DNA of 64,000 nt, from sequence record SRR22947727_495; one strand, 5' to 3'. The notes under the pieces were generated by a model, which saw only the letters and a program-made list of their open reading frames with translations, ran no database searches and was not told where the DNA came from. The position numbers and the translations under genes are program-made. This document shows, piece by piece, positions 50,194-60,982 of the stretch (position 1 is the stretch's first letter; every line of letters starts with the position of its first letter).

Positions 50194-50916
50194 TCAGCTC
50201 ATATATTGCCCGCCATTGGCGGTCATTGTGGAGCCTGTAATGAAGCCCGCATCGTCGGAGGCGAGAAAGACCACACAGCGCGCGATTTCTGAGGCTTCGC
50301 CGAGGCGACCCGCTGGGATTTGTGCGATGATGCTATCGCGTACCTTCTCTGGCACGGCCATCACCATTTCTGTTGCGATGTAGCCCGGGCAAATCGCGTT
50401 CACGGTAATGCCAGCCCGCGCGCCCTCTTGGGCCAGCGCCTTGGTGAACCCAATGTCGCCAGCTTTGGCTGCGGAATAGTTGGCCTGTGCGAATTGGCCT
50501 TTTTGCCCATTGATCGAGGAGATATTGATAATGCGACCAAATTTGCGCTCGCGCATGCCATTCCAAAGCGGATGGGTCATGTTGAATACGCCGTCAAGAT
50601 TCGTGCGCATCACATCAGTCCACTGATCGCGGGACATCTTGTGAAACGGCGCATCGCGGGTGATGCCTGCATTGTTGACCAAAATATCAACCGGACCCAA
50701 GTCGGCTTCCACAGCGGCAATGCCGGCGGCGCAGGCGTCATAGTCAGAGACATCCCATTTATAGGTCTTGATGCCAGTTTCGGCGGTGAATGCGGCAGCC
50801 TTTTCATCATTACCTGCATAGGTGGCCGCGACAGTGTAGCCTGCGGCTTGCAGGGCAGTGGAAATGGCGGCACCGATCCCTCGGGAGCCTCCAGTGACGA
50901 GTGCGATACGGGACAT
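50194..50916 (-). CDS. phbB: Acetoacetyl-CoA reductase
   Basis: TGGSRGIG, NNAGITRD, SSINGQKGQF, NYSAAK. Confidence 0.96.
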   Translation of the reverse strand: MSRIALVTGGSRGIGAAISTALQAAGYTVAATYAGNDEKAAAFTAETGIKTYKWDVSDYDACAAGIAAVEADLGPVDILVNNAGITRDAPFHKMSRDQWTDVMRTNLDGVFNMTHPLWNGMRERKFGRIINISSINGQKGQFAQANYSAAKAGDIGFTKALAQEGARAGITVNAICPGYIATEMVMAVPEKVRDSIIAQIPAGRLGEASEIARCVVFLASDDAGFITGSTMTANGGQYMS

Positions 50917-51021
50917 TTTTCTTCCTATGTGTTTTTATTGCGCAATAAAATTACAAGATGTGATCTTAATTGGCAATAATGTTTCGTGCGGAAATTCATA
51001 CTTTGCTTGGAGAGGGGCAGC

Positions 51022-52200
51022 TTAGGGCCGCTCGAGGCACATTGCGACACCCATGCCACCACCGATACACAGCGTGGCCAGGCCGCGTTTGGCTTGGCGT
51101 CGCTGCATTTCAAACAGCAAAGTGTTCAAGATCCGGCAGCCGGAGGCGCCGATGGGGTGACCGATGGCAATCGCGCCGCCGTTGACGTTCACAATAGCTG
51201 GATCCCAGCCCATGTCTTTATTCACCGCACAGGCTTGAGCGGCGAAGGCTTCATTGGCTTCGACCAAGTCCAGATCGCCGACAGACCAACCTGCTTTGTC
51301 TAGGGCCTTGCGGCTGGCGTAGATCGGGCCGACCCCCATAACCGTTGGGTCAAGCCCGGCCGTGGCATAGCTGGCGATGCGGGCCAATGGTTCAAGGCCA
51401 CGCTTTTCGGCCTCCTCTGCGGTCATGAGCAACACTGCGGCGGCGCCGTCGTTGAGGCCGGAGGCATTGGCTGCGGTGACTGTGCCGCCATCGCGCAGAA
51501 AGGCGGGCCGCATTTTTTGCATGGCCTCGAGAGTGGCGCCATGTCGGATATATTCATCGGCCTCAACAATGATGTCGCCCTTGCGGGTGGACACAGTGAA
51601 AGGGGTGATTTCGTCGGCAAACTTACCGGATTTTTGCGCAGCTTCCGCTTTGTTCTGGCTGGCCACGGCGAATTCATCTTGTGCATCGCGGCTGATTTGC
51701 CATTGGGCTGCGACGTTTTCAGCGGTTTGGCCCATGTGGTAGTTGTTGAATGCGTCCCACAAGCCGTCACGGATCATGCTGTCGATGTATTTGACATCAC
51801 CCATTTTGGTGCCGCTGCGCAGATGCGCAACATGGGGAGAGAGGGTCATATTCTCTTGTCCACCCGCGGCCACGATATCTGCATCGCCCAGTTGGATGTG
51901 CTGTGCGGCCAAAGCGACGGCGCGCAATCCTGACCCGCAGACTTGGTTGATGCTCCATGCCGCCGATTCGATTGGCAGACCGGCATTAATATGGGCTTGG
52001 CGGGCCGGGTTTTGGCCTTGGCCGGCTGTCAGGACTTGGCCGAGGATGGTCTCGCTGACTTCTGAAGGGTCGATGCCTGCGCGTTCCACGATAGCTTTCA
52101 AGACAGATGTGCCAAGGGCATCGGCTGGTGTATTAGCGAAGGCGCCCCCAAAGCTGCCGACAGCGGTCCGGGCGGCGGATACGATTACGATATTTGTCAC
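51022..52200 (-). CDS. phbA: Acetyl-CoA C-acetyltransferase (beta-ketothiolase)
   Basis: [27 protein letters not shown] start at 52200 after GAGGAG. Confidence 0.96.
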   Translation of the reverse strand: MTNIVIVSAARTAVGSFGGAFANTPADALGTSVLKAIVERAGIDPSEVSETILGQVLTAGQGQNPARQAHINAGLPIESAAWSINQVCGSGLRAVALAAQHIQLGDADIVAAGGQENMTLSPHVAHLRSGTKMGDVKYIDSMIRDGLWDAFNNYHMGQTAENVAAQWQISRDAQDEFAVASQNKAEAAQKSGKFADEITPFTVSTRKGDIIVEADEYIRHGATLEAMQKMRPAFLRDGGTVTAANASGLNDGAAAVLLMTAEEAEKRGLEPLARIASYATAGLDPTVMGVGPIYASRKALDKAGWSVGDLDLVEANEAFAAQACAVNKDMGWDPAIVNVNGGAIAIGHPIGASGCRILNTLLFEMQRRQAKRGLATLCIGGGMGVAMCLERP

Positions 52201-52326
52201 AAAGTTTCTCCTCATTGATGAGGTCAACCTTCGGCACAGGAATCCTTCACTATGCGCAGTCTGGTCCTCATTTCCGCGCGTTTGTATGTATTATTTAACC
52301 CATTGACAATGCCATAGCGGTGAAAA

Positions 52327-52366
52327 ATGCTGCAAATGCGAAAATAATTGCTGCAGTGCGGCAATT
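52327..52366. promoter_or_regulatory. Tandem TGC-rich sites upstream of phbA (candidate PhaR operators)
   Basis: ATGCTGCAAATGCGAAA and near-palindrome AATTGCTGCAGTGCGGCAATT. Confidence 0.5.
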
Positions 52367-52394
52367 TGAGGGCGAAAACCGGCGGCCTTTTCGG

Positions 52395-53180
52395 CTACTG
52401 CCGCCAGGGTGGGGTTAAGGTTGGGACGCCCAAATGGTAGCCCTGCAGGCAGTCAACGCCCAGTGTGGTTAACACCTCTGCATCCGAGGCTGTTTCAACA
52501 TTTTGCGCCACGCAAAACATTTCAAAACTTCCGGCTATCCCGATAACATCTTGAATTAATGCCTTATTGTCAGCCGATTGCGCCAAGTTCTTGGTGAATT
52601 GCCCATCCATCTTGATAATGTCAAAATAAAAATCGCGCAGCTGCACCAGCGACGTTTGTCCAGCGCCAAAGTTGTCTATGGCGAAACACAGCCCCAGTTT
52701 TTGCATGTCGTTCATGAAATATCGCGCGACTTCTGGCGCGGCCATGACGCTTTTCTCAGTCATTTCCAGAATGAGGTTTCTTGCCAAATCTGGCGATCTT
52801 TGCAGACCATCCTCAAGCGTGCGCACCCATTTGGGGTAACCAATAGATTGCGCCGACATGTTCACTGAAAGCCGCACGTTGGGCTGCTCGGCCAATGTTG
52901 CCAGGCCCAGTTGCAATGTGGCGCAGTCAATCAGTCGTCCCAGCTCGGTATTTTCAACCTCTGCAATGAAATCGCGCGCCGGGATATGGCGTCCCGCGGG
53001 ATCAATAATCCGGATCAAACCCTCATAAAACACCACATTTTGGGGCGCACCGGCTTGAATGACCGGTTGGAAAGCCAAGGCCGTTCGTCCGTATTTCAGT
53101 GAATCACGGACGGTCTCAAGGACATTCGCGTCCTGTTTCGCCACCGCAGCACTCAATGGGTCGGAGAAATTCTGGTCCAT
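52395..53180 (-). CDS. Stand-alone EAL domain protein (degenerate)
   Basis: FQPV, YEGLIR, SVNMS, LEMTE, DNFGAG, KMD, QGY. Confidence 0.88.
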   Translation of the reverse strand: MDQNFSDPLSAAVAKQDANVLETVRDSLKYGRTALAFQPVIQAGAPQNVVFYEGLIRIIDPAGRHIPARDFIAEVENTELGRLIDCATLQLGLATLAEQPNVRLSVNMSAQSIGYPKWVRTLEDGLQRSPDLARNLILEMTEKSVMAAPEVARYFMNDMQKLGLCFAIDNFGAGQTSLVQLRDFYFDIIKMDGQFTKNLAQSADNKALIQDVIGIAGSFEMFCVAQNVETASDAEVLTTLGVDCLQGYHLGVPTLTPPWRQ

Positions 53181-53270
53181 CGGGATGTCTTCGCCCTTGT
53201 GTGAAGGTCTCGGTCATAGTGCTTGGCAGCATCGGCGCAGAGCCCTAATATGAGGTAAATTGGAGGCGAA

Positions 53271-53840
53271 ATGGACCGCTGTACTTGGATTGGAATAGAT
53301 AAAATTTATCAAGACTACCATGACATGGAATGGGGCGTGCCGGAATATGACAGCCGGGCTCTATGGGAAAAACTGATTTTAGATGGCTTCCAAGCGGGGT
53401 TGAGTTGGATCACGATCCTAAAAAAACGCCCGGCTTTCCGCTCGGCTTTTGCGGGATTTGATCCGCATCAAATTGCGGGCTGGGGTGCAGCTGAGGTGGA
53501 GGTTTTGCTGCAAAACCCTGGTATTGTGCGCCATCGTGGCAAGATTGAAGCCACCATCGGCAATGCGCAGGCCTATTTGCGCTTGGCCGAAGAGATGCCC
53601 TTTTCTGACCGGATGTGGGCCTATGTGGACGGGCGCCCGATTGTCGCTGGTTATGAGACATTGGCACAAGTGCCCACGCAATCACCGCTGAGCCAAAAGA
53701 TTTCAAAAGATCTCAAAGCCGCCGGGTTCAAGTTTTGTGGCCCGACCATCGTTTATGCTTGGATGGAGGCTTGTGGTCTGTTCAACAATCACATCCTAAG
53801 CTGTCATCGTCACCATGCGGTCACGGCTCTTGCGCGATAA
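53271..53840 (+). CDS. tag: DNA-3-methyladenine glycosylase I
   Basis: YHDMEWG, QAGLSWITIL, GFKFCGPTIVYA. Confidence 0.94.
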   Translation: MDRCTWIGIDKIYQDYHDMEWGVPEYDSRALWEKLILDGFQAGLSWITILKKRPAFRSAFAGFDPHQIAGWGAAEVEVLLQNPGIVRHRGKIEATIGNAQAYLRLAEEMPFSDRMWAYVDGRPIVAGYETLAQVPTQSPLSQKISKDLKAAGFKFCGPTIVYAWMEACGLFNNHILSCHRHHAVTALAR

Positions 53841-54372
53841 CGGCCTTTAGTATCGCCAAGGCACTGTCGCTGTGCCAATTGGCATCGCCCAAAAGTCGCG
53901 CAATCTCCGCGCCATCGCGATTCAAGATCGCAGTGACCGGCAGGCCCAAGACATTCATGGCGCGGGCCAGGCTTTGGCGCGGGTCTCGATGAGCCGGCAG
54001 ATTGCTCACGCCGATTTGGTCGAAAAATTCGGCGATTTTAGCCGGTGGGTTGGGACCCGTGGCAACGGTAAGCACTGTTAAATCACCGCCGCCTAAGGTC
54101 TTTTGCAGAGCAGAGAGCTCGGGCATTTCCTTGCGGCAGGGCGCGCACCAGGTGGCCCAAAAATTCAGAACCACGACTTTGCCTCGATAATCGGACAGGC
54201 GCAGCTCTGACCCGTCTGCATGCAGAAAAACCGTATCGGGTGCAGGGCGCGCCGCGCTGTGAATCTGCAATTTTCGCATATCTCCCGCGCGCAGCGCTTC
54301 AAGATCGCTCATGTCTGCATTTGCAGTGGCGGCGAGGGCCGTATAGAGAACAGCAGCAAGCAAGTAACGCAT
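53821..54372 (-). CDS. TlpA family thiol:disulfide reductase
   Basis: Signal peptide; [15 protein letters not shown]. Confidence 0.92.
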   Translation of the reverse strand: MRYLLAAVLYTALAATANADMSDLEALRAGDMRKLQIHSAARPAPDTVFLHADGSELRLSDYRGKVVVLNFWATWCAPCRKEMPELSALQKTLGGGDLTVLTVATGPNPPAKIAEFFDQIGVSNLPAHRDPRQSLARAMNVLGLPVTAILNRDGAEIARLLGDANWHSDSALAILKAVIAQEP

Positions 54373-54396
54373 ATCATACTCCCAAAGGGTTCACTC

Positions 54397-55785
54397 ATGA
54401 CCAAATCCCAAAATCAAATGTGGGGCGGACGCTTCGCCGCTGGACCAGATGCCATCATGGAGGCGATCAATGCCTCGATTGGTTTCGACCAACGGATGGC
54501 GGCTCAAGATATCCAAGGCAGCCGCGCCCACGCCGCCATGTTGGGGGCAGCCGGTATCATTTCAAATAGCGACAGTGAGGCCATTCGGGAAGGGCTCCTC
54601 ACGGTTTTGTCAGAAATTAAGTCGGGCAATTTTCCGTTTCGGGTGGATTTGGAAGATATTCACATGAATGTTGAGCAACGCCTGAAAGAGGTAATCGGCG
54701 CGCCTGCGGGCCGGTTGCACACGGGCCGCAGCCGCAATGACCAAGTGGCGACGGATTTTCGTCTTTGGGTCCGCGATCAAACCGATGCAGCCATTGAAGG
54801 CATTGAGGCGCTGATGAAGGCCTTTTTGCAGCAAGCCAAGGCGGGTGCCGATTGGGTGATGCCGGGTTTTACCCATCTGCAAACTGCGCAACCGGTGACC
54901 TGGGGGCATCATATGATGGCCTATGTAGAGATGTTGGCCCGCGACAAATCGCGCTTTGAAGATGCGCGCCGCCGGATGAATGAAAGCCCGCTGGGCGCGG
55001 CGGCGCTTGCGGGCACCTCTTTTCCGATTGACCGGGATATGACCGCGGCGGCTTTGGGGTTTGACCGTCCGGCCGCCAACTCTTTAGATGCGGTCTCGGA
55101 TCGCGATTTCGCTTTGGAATATCTCAGCTGCGCCAGCATCTGCGCCATGCACCTCAGCCGCTTTGCCGAGGAGCTGGTGATTTGGTCCTCAGCGCAATTT
55201 CGCTTCGTCACCCTTTCGGATCGGTTTTCAACAGGCTCGTCGATCATGCCGCAAAAGAAGAACCCCGATGCCGCGGAATTGATTCGGGCAAAGATTGGCC
55301 GGATCTTCGGCGCCAATGTGGCTATGATGATGGTGATGAAAGGCTTGCCGCTGACCTATTCCAAGGACATGCAAGAAGACAAAGAGCAACTCTTTGATGC
55401 CGCAGATAATTTAATGCTGGCATTGGCGGCGATGAGCGGCATGGTTGGCGATATGACTGCCAATCAAGAGAGCCTCAAAACGGCTGCCGCCTCTGGGTTC
55501 TCTACCGCCACCGATTTGGCCGATTGGCTGGTGCGTGCCCTGGGCATGCCGTTTCGCGATGCCCATCATGTTACGGGCAGCCTGGTTGCCATGGCCGAAG
55601 AGCAAGGCTGCGATCTGCCGGATTTGACCTTGGCGCAGATGCAATCTGTGCACCCGCAGATCACGTCGAATGTCTTTGAGGTGTTGGGCGTCGAGAATTC
55701 AGTAGCCTCGCGCCTGTCCTACGGCGGCACAGCGCCCGCACAGGTGCGCAGTCAAATTGCACGCTGGGAGGCGATCTTGTCATGA
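54397..55785 (+). CDS. argH: Argininosuccinate lyase
   Basis: [27 protein letters not shown]. Confidence 0.97.
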   Translation: MTKSQNQMWGGRFAAGPDAIMEAINASIGFDQRMAAQDIQGSRAHAAMLGAAGIISNSDSEAIREGLLTVLSEIKSGNFPFRVDLEDIHMNVEQRLKEVIGAPAGRLHTGRSRNDQVATDFRLWVRDQTDAAIEGIEALMKAFLQQAKAGADWVMPGFTHLQTAQPVTWGHHMMAYVEMLARDKSRFEDARRRMNESPLGAAALAGTSFPIDRDMTAAALGFDRPAANSLDAVSDRDFALEYLSCASICAMHLSRFAEELVIWSSAQFRFVTLSDRFSTGSSIMPQKKNPDAAELIRAKIGRIFGANVAMMMVMKGLPLTYSKDMQEDKEQLFDAADNLMLALAAMSGMVGDMTANQESLKTAAASGFSTATDLADWLVRALGMPFRDAHHVTGSLVAMAEEQGCDLPDLTLAQMQSVHPQITSNVFEVLGVENSVASRLSYGGTAPAQVRSQIARWEAILS

Positions 55786-55895
55786 GATATCTGCGCCTGT
55801 TCATCTTTGCGCTTCTCTGTGCCTGCGGAGCCGATGGGCCGCCAGAACGGCCAGCACGCGCGGCGTCAGCTTTGGCCGTTCAGGCTGCGTCATAA
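55782..55895 (+). CDS. 37-aa small lipoprotein (absent from the ORF track)
   Basis: [37 protein letters not shown]; lipobox; ATGA overlap with the argH stop. Confidence 0.72.
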   Translation: MRYLRLFIFALLCACGADGPPERPARAASALAVQAAS

Positions 55896-55909
55896 GAGGA
55901 GAGATAGCC

Positions 55910-56227
55910 ATGCGACATGTATTTCTGGGATTGACCATCTGGGGCGCCATTCACCCGATGTATTATTTCATCACTTGGTTTCGAGCCGAGGGGTGGAATT
56001 TGGGCGATATGGTGCAGGCCTGGCATGTGAATGCGGCCAGTAGCGGCTTGGTTTGGGATCTGACCATTGCTGCCACGGCCCTGAGCCTATGGATTATTGC
56101 AGAGGTTATTAGAAACCGAAAATTTTTCCATTTGGTCGCCATTGCCGCCACCTTTGGCATCGGTGTGAGCTGCGGTTTGCCGCTCTACCTCTATCTGCGC
56201 AGCGCGCCCGATCGTGACCCCCGGTGA
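55910..56227 (+). CDS. DUF2834-like membrane protein
   Basis: GAGGAG RBS; GLVWDLTIAA, GIGVSCGLPLYLYLR. Confidence 0.8.
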   Translation: MRHVFLGLTIWGAIHPMYYFITWFRAEGWNLGDMVQAWHVNAASSGLVWDLTIAATALSLWIIAEVIRNRKFFHLVAIAATFGIGVSCGLPLYLYLRSAPDRDPR

Positions 56228-56312
56228 CGCCAGCGGCAAGAATAATGGGGCAAGGGTGTTGCCTGTTTTTGTAAGCGTGATATGCGCAAGTTTTGGGGAG
56301 TGAGGCGAAAAG

Positions 56313-57578
56313 ATGGATCACTTTTTATACCGGGACGGATGTTTGCATGCCGAAGATGTTGCGATTTCACAGATTGCAGCAGAAGTTGGCACGCCGTTTT
56401 ATCTCTATTCCTCTGCCACATTGCTGCGCCATTTTAAGCTGTTTGACGACGCTTTGGCCGGTATGGATCACCTGATTTGCTACGCGATGAAGGCGGCCTC
56501 GAACCAAGCCATTTTGACCCTTCTGGGCGCGGTAGGCGCTGGGATGGATGTGGTGTCGGGCGGTGAATATGCCCGCGCCCGCGCTGCCGGCATCCCGGGC
56601 GATCGCATTGTCTTTTCCGGTGTCGGCAAAACCCGGGCGGAAATGACCGAGGTTTTGACCGGCGGCGTGCGGCAATTCAATGTGGAAAGCGAGCCGGAAA
56701 TGCGCGCGCTGTCGGAGGTGGCATCCATGCTGGGCAAAACCGCGCCCATCACCATCCGGGTCAATCCCGATGTGGATGCCAAAACCCATGCGAAAATTTC
56801 GACGGGTAAAAAAGAAGACAAATTTGGCATCCCAATTTCGCGGGCCCGCGAGGTCTATGCCATGGCGGCGCGTCTGCCGGGGCTGGAGGTTGTGGGCATT
56901 GATGTGCATATCGGCTCGCAGCTGACGGATTTGGCGCCCTATGGGGTGGCCTATGAAAAGGTTGCTGAGCTCACAGAACTTCTGCGCGCCGATGGCCATG
57001 ACATCCGCCGCCTCGACCTGGGTGGCGGGCTTGGCATCCCCTATGAGAGCAACAACCACCACCCGCCCAGCCCTGAGGACTATTGCGCCTTGATCGCCGA
57101 GAAGGTGGGCCATTTGGGCTGTGAAATCGAGATCGAACCGGGCCGCTTTATTGCCGGCAATGCCGGGGTGTTTGTGTCAGAAGTCATCTACGTCAAACAG
57201 GGTGAAGATCGCGAGTTTTTGATCGTGGATGGGGCAATGAACGATCTTATTCGTCCGGCCATGTATGATGCACATCATGACATCGTGCCGATCAAGGCGC
57301 CGGCTGCTGGGACCGAATATCAAGCCTATGATGTGGTGGGACCTGTTTGTGAAAGCGGGGATACTTTCGCCAAAGGGCGTGCTTTGGCGCCGCTGAAGGC
57401 TGGCGATCTCATCGCCTTTCGCAGCGCTGGGGCCTATGGGGCTGTGATGGCCAGCGAATACAACACCCGCCCTCTGGTGCCTGAGGTCATGGTGAAGGGG
57501 GATCAATTTGCGGTGATCCGCCCAAGACCGAGCTTGGAAGATATCATTAACCGCGATATAATCCCTCAGTGGCATTAA
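56313..57578 (+). CDS. lysA: Diaminopimelate decarboxylase
   Basis: YAMKA, DVVSGGE, HIGSQ, EPGR, GPVCESGD, GAYG. Confidence 0.97.
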   Translation: MDHFLYRDGCLHAEDVAISQIAAEVGTPFYLYSSATLLRHFKLFDDALAGMDHLICYAMKAASNQAILTLLGAVGAGMDVVSGGEYARARAAGIPGDRIVFSGVGKTRAEMTEVLTGGVRQFNVESEPEMRALSEVASMLGKTAPITIRVNPDVDAKTHAKISTGKKEDKFGIPISRAREVYAMAARLPGLEVVGIDVHIGSQLTDLAPYGVAYEKVAELTELLRADGHDIRRLDLGGGLGIPYESNNHHPPSPEDYCALIAEKVGHLGCEIEIEPGRFIAGNAGVFVSEVIYVKQGEDREFLIVDGAMNDLIRPAMYDAHHDIVPIKAPAAGTEYQAYDVVGPVCESGDTFAKGRALAPLKAGDLIAFRSAGAYGAVMASEYNTRPLVPEVMVKGDQFAVIRPRPSLEDIINRDIIPQWH

Positions 57579-57599
57579 GAGGCCATGTCATGAGGGGCT

Positions 57600-60071
57600 T
57601 TGATGGCCAAACTGTTCTCGCGTAGGATAATTTTTGCTCTTTGGTTGACCTTTGTCGGCCTTTGGGCGGAACGCATTATGCGCGCAGCCTGGCCGCTGCT
57701 CTCAACACTGGTTTTGGGGATTGGGGTGCTGCTTTTGGCCGCGCCAGATCTCTGGCCGCTTGTCGTGCTTAAGCTGGCGGGGGGGATTTGGCTTCTCAGC
57801 GGGCTTTACGGGCTATGGTATTTTTTCCGGCGATTTGCAGCGCCGACCCTCGGCGCGGCGCGTGCGCGTCTGGATCAGAACCTACCGGACCGCCCCTTGG
57901 CGGCGCTGCGCGATATTCAGGCTCTCGGTCAAGGTGATCCGGCCTCGGCGGCGTTGTGGCGGGCGCATTTGGCGCAAATGCGCGCTGCTGCCGCCAAGGC
58001 ATCGGCTGTTGGGCCGCAGTTGGACTTGGCACCGCGGGATCCGTTTGCCCTTCGATATATCGCGCTTTTGGTGTTTGTCATTGGCGGGCTTTTCGGCTCT
58101 GTGCAGGCGATGCGCACAGGGCTGGGGGATGCCTCAGTGCCGATTGCGGCAGGCCCGCAATGGGAGGTCTGGTTGCAACCGCCTGCCAATACCCGCCGCC
58201 CGGTGATATATCTCAATGATGTGAAGGGCGTTGAGTTGAGCGTGCCGCAAGACACGGTGGTTCTGGTGCGCCTTTACGGGGATGCGGGCCTGCACGCGAT
58301 TGAGGAAACGCTGTCCGGCCGACCCAGCGACACGTTTGATGCGGCAGAGCCCAGTCAGAAATTTCTCGTGACCCGGTCGGGTCGATTGGCCATTTCTGGG
58401 CCTGATGGCGCCGAATGGTGGGTGTCCATGTTGCCTGATGCGCCGCCAGAAGTGGAGGTCATAGGCGAGGTTGCACGCGATGCGGAGGGCAGTTTTTCCC
58501 TGAGCTTCACGGCGCGGGACGATGTCGCGGTCACTGCGGGCCGGGCATGGGTGTATCTGAATATAGACGAGGTGGATCGCCGCTATGGGCTGGCGGTTGA
58601 ACCTGCGCCGCAGCCCGATATCGAACTGACCCTGCCATTGACCATTTCGGGTGATCGCGCGGCGTTCACGGAGGTCTTAACCGAGGATCTGTCCAAACAT
58701 GTCTGGGCGCATTTGCCGGTCTCGCTCCGTCTCGAAGTGGAAGACATGCGCGGGCAATTGGGGCAATCGGCGGCGTTGGAATTGGCTTTGCCAGCCCGCA
58801 ATTTCTTTGACCCCCTTGCCAAGGCTTTGGTTGAGCAGCGCCGCGATTTGCTGTGGTCTCCCGATAACCGCAGACGCGTGTCGCAACTATTGCGCGCGAT
58901 ATCACAGGCCCCTGAAACTCTGTTCCGCGACGCGCAGGATGCCGAAATCCTGTCCAATATAATCCGCGATCTTGAGGCGGGTACGGATCTTGAGCCCGCA
59001 GCCGAGCTGCTTTGGATATTGGCGCTTGAGGTCGAGGACGGCGATTTGGAGCAGGCGGCACAAAAGCTCGCGCGCGCGCAAGATAAACTGGCCGAAGCGA
59101 TTAAAAACGGGGCCACGCCAGAAGAAATTGCCCGGCTGATGGATGAATTGCGCCAAGCACAGCGGGAATATTTCAAAGAATTCGCGGAACGCAATCCGCC
59201 CTCCGAGCAACCCGAGCGCCTGCCGGATGATGAGGCCGTGTCAGAGGATCAGTTGCAAGAGATGATGGACCGTTTGCAAAAGCTCATGGAAGAGGGTCGC
59301 ATGGCCGAGGCGCAAGAGCTGTTGGAAGAGATTAACCGTTTGATGCAAAATCTTCAAATGACACTCGGGCAATCGGGTGGAGAAGGGCAGGAGGGTCAAG
59401 AGGGCGGCGGGCAACAGATGGAAGATCTCGCCGATAGTTTGCGCCAGCAGCAGGAGCTCTCGGACCAAACCTTCCGTGATTTGCAGGGCCAAACCCCCGG
59501 CGATCAGCTCGGCGGCGGTGGCGCCGAGGGCGGCAATGACGCTGGCGAAGAGGGGCCATCCTCCCAAGACAGTTTAGCCGAGCAGCAAAAACAATTGGAA
59601 CGTTACGTTGAACGGCAAAGGGGCAATTTGCCCGGCACGGGCACCGAAGCGGGGCAAGCGGCCCGCCGGGCGCTGGATGAGGCCGCTGAGGCCATGGATC
59701 AAGCCGCGGAAGATTTGCGCGCCGGAGATCTTCCGGGCGCATTGGACAATCAATCGGAGGCCATCGACGCGCTGCGTGAAGGCATGCGCCGTTTGGGCGA
59801 AACACTGGATGAGCAGGCCGCGCCCGGACAGGGGGCCACCCCCAATGACCGCCGCGCCGAGGGGCAATCGCAAAGCCCATCTAGGCGTGATCCTCTGGGA
59901 CGGGATATTGGGGGCAATGGCCAATTGGGTGCTGGCGAGCAGATGGTGCCGCAAGAAGAATTGCGTTTGCGCTCACAAGAATTGATGGAAGAAATTCGTC
60001 GCCGGGCCGGGTCGCTCGAACGTCCCAAAGAGGAGCGCAATTATCTCCAACGGCTGCTGGATCGCTTTTAA
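57600..60071 (+). CDS. TIGR02302/DUF4175 family membrane-anchored protein
   Basis: N-terminal TMs, RDPFALR, Q/G-rich coiled coils, RDPLGR, YLQRLL end; follows lysA. Confidence 0.88.
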   Translation: MMAKLFSRRIIFALWLTFVGLWAERIMRAAWPLLSTLVLGIGVLLLAAPDLWPLVVLKLAGGIWLLSGLYGLWYFFRRFAAPTLGAARARLDQNLPDRPLAALRDIQALGQGDPASAALWRAHLAQMRAAAAKASAVGPQLDLAPRDPFALRYIALLVFVIGGLFGSVQAMRTGLGDASVPIAAGPQWEVWLQPPANTRRPVIYLNDVKGVELSVPQDTVVLVRLYGDAGLHAIEETLSGRPSDTFDAAEPSQKFLVTRSGRLAISGPDGAEWWVSMLPDAPPEVEVIGEVARDAEGSFSLSFTARDDVAVTAGRAWVYLNIDEVDRRYGLAVEPAPQPDIELTLPLTISGDRAAFTEVLTEDLSKHVWAHLPVSLRLEVEDMRGQLGQSAALELALPARNFFDPLAKALVEQRRDLLWSPDNRRRVSQLLRAISQAPETLFRDAQDAEILSNIIRDLEAGTDLEPAAELLWILALEVEDGDLEQAAQKLARAQDKLAEAIKNGATPEEIARLMDELRQAQREYFKEFAERNPPSEQPERLPDDEAVSEDQLQEMMDRLQKLMEEGRMAEAQELLEEINRLMQNLQMTLGQSGGEGQEGQEGGGQQMEDLADSLRQQQELSDQTFRDLQGQTPGDQLGGGGAEGGNDAGEEGPSSQDSLAEQQKQLERYVERQRGNLPGTGTEAGQAARRALDEAAEAMDQAAEDLRAGDLPGALDNQSEAIDALREGMRRLGETLDEQAAPGQGATPNDRRAEGQSQSPSRRDPLGRDIGGNGQLGAGEQMVPQEELRLRSQELMEEIRRRAGSLERPKEERNYLQRLLDRF

Positions 60072-60102
60072 TTGGGGGCCTGCCCAAAAGGCGGTGCCGC
60101 TC

Positions 60103-60765
60103 TTAAAGGCTGAAACTCATGCGATAGTCCAAAATGGCCTGCAAGCCATGCTGAAGCCGCTGGCGCATATCATCGACCCAAAACACATAGGCGTTAATCC
60201 GATCTGTTTGGCTGGGAAAATTCTCTGTGATTTGCGGCGCAAAGATATATATCGCGGTCAACACGGCCAAAATCAAAAACGCCGCGACTGTGCCGCGTTG
60301 CCGGCTGTCGAGCGGTGCAACTTCCTCTGGTGCTTTGCTTGGCATCACAGGCTTTGTCAGGGGTGCTGCATCATCAGTTGCGCTGACGAGTGAGGAAATT
60401 TTGACCGTATCAATCGGCGGCAAATTCTTAGAGGTCGGCGCGGCCATTGGTTGTGGGCGCGGCTCTATAGGCGGCTTGGCTGGGGGCGGCGGTCTGTCCA
60501 GCCCTCGCGTTGCAGGGGCTTGCTCAGGCTCTGTGTCATGGGCCACGCGCTTTTCGGCCTTGCGCGCCTCCATCTCACGCTGCACCTCTTGTTGTAGGAT
60601 GCTGCTGACCTTGGGATCAATCGTGGTGCGCTCGGGGGGCGGAGTGTTGGCTGGAACAAACCAAGTCTCTTGGCAACCAGAGCATTGCACGTCCCGTCCC
60701 TCTGCGGGAATTACATCGTCGGGGATTTCATATTCCGCATCGCATTTTGGGCAGAGTAAACGCAC
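60103..60765 (-). CDS. Zinc-ribbon domain membrane protein (MJ0042-like)
   Basis: GTG start; CPKC...YEIPD...GRDVQCSGCQETWF, Pro-rich linker, C-terminal TM. Confidence 0.85.
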   Translation of the reverse strand: MRLLCPKCDAEYEIPDDVIPAEGRDVQCSGCQETWFVPANTPPPERTTIDPKVSSILQQEVQREMEARKAEKRVAHDTEPEQAPATRGLDRPPPPAKPPIEPRPQPMAAPTSKNLPPIDTVKISSLVSATDDAAPLTKPVMPSKAPEEVAPLDSRQRGTVAAFLILAVLTAIYIFAPQITENFPSQTDRINAYVFWVDDMRQRLQHGLQAILDYRMSFSL

Positions 60766-60982
60766 CGAGGCCTCGATTCTATTTCGTGTCCAGGATGTAG
60801 ACGATATCGATACGATAACGCTACAGCTGACGTGCTTAAAATACCACTGTTTATGCGTCACCTGCAGATTCCTGCCGATGTCGCGAGACGGGTTTTCACA
60901 CGGCGGTAAATACGCCCAATGACGCTGGTTTTGCAACGCGTTTGCTCCTATACCAAGGGCAAGAAACCGATAAGGAGCCGTT

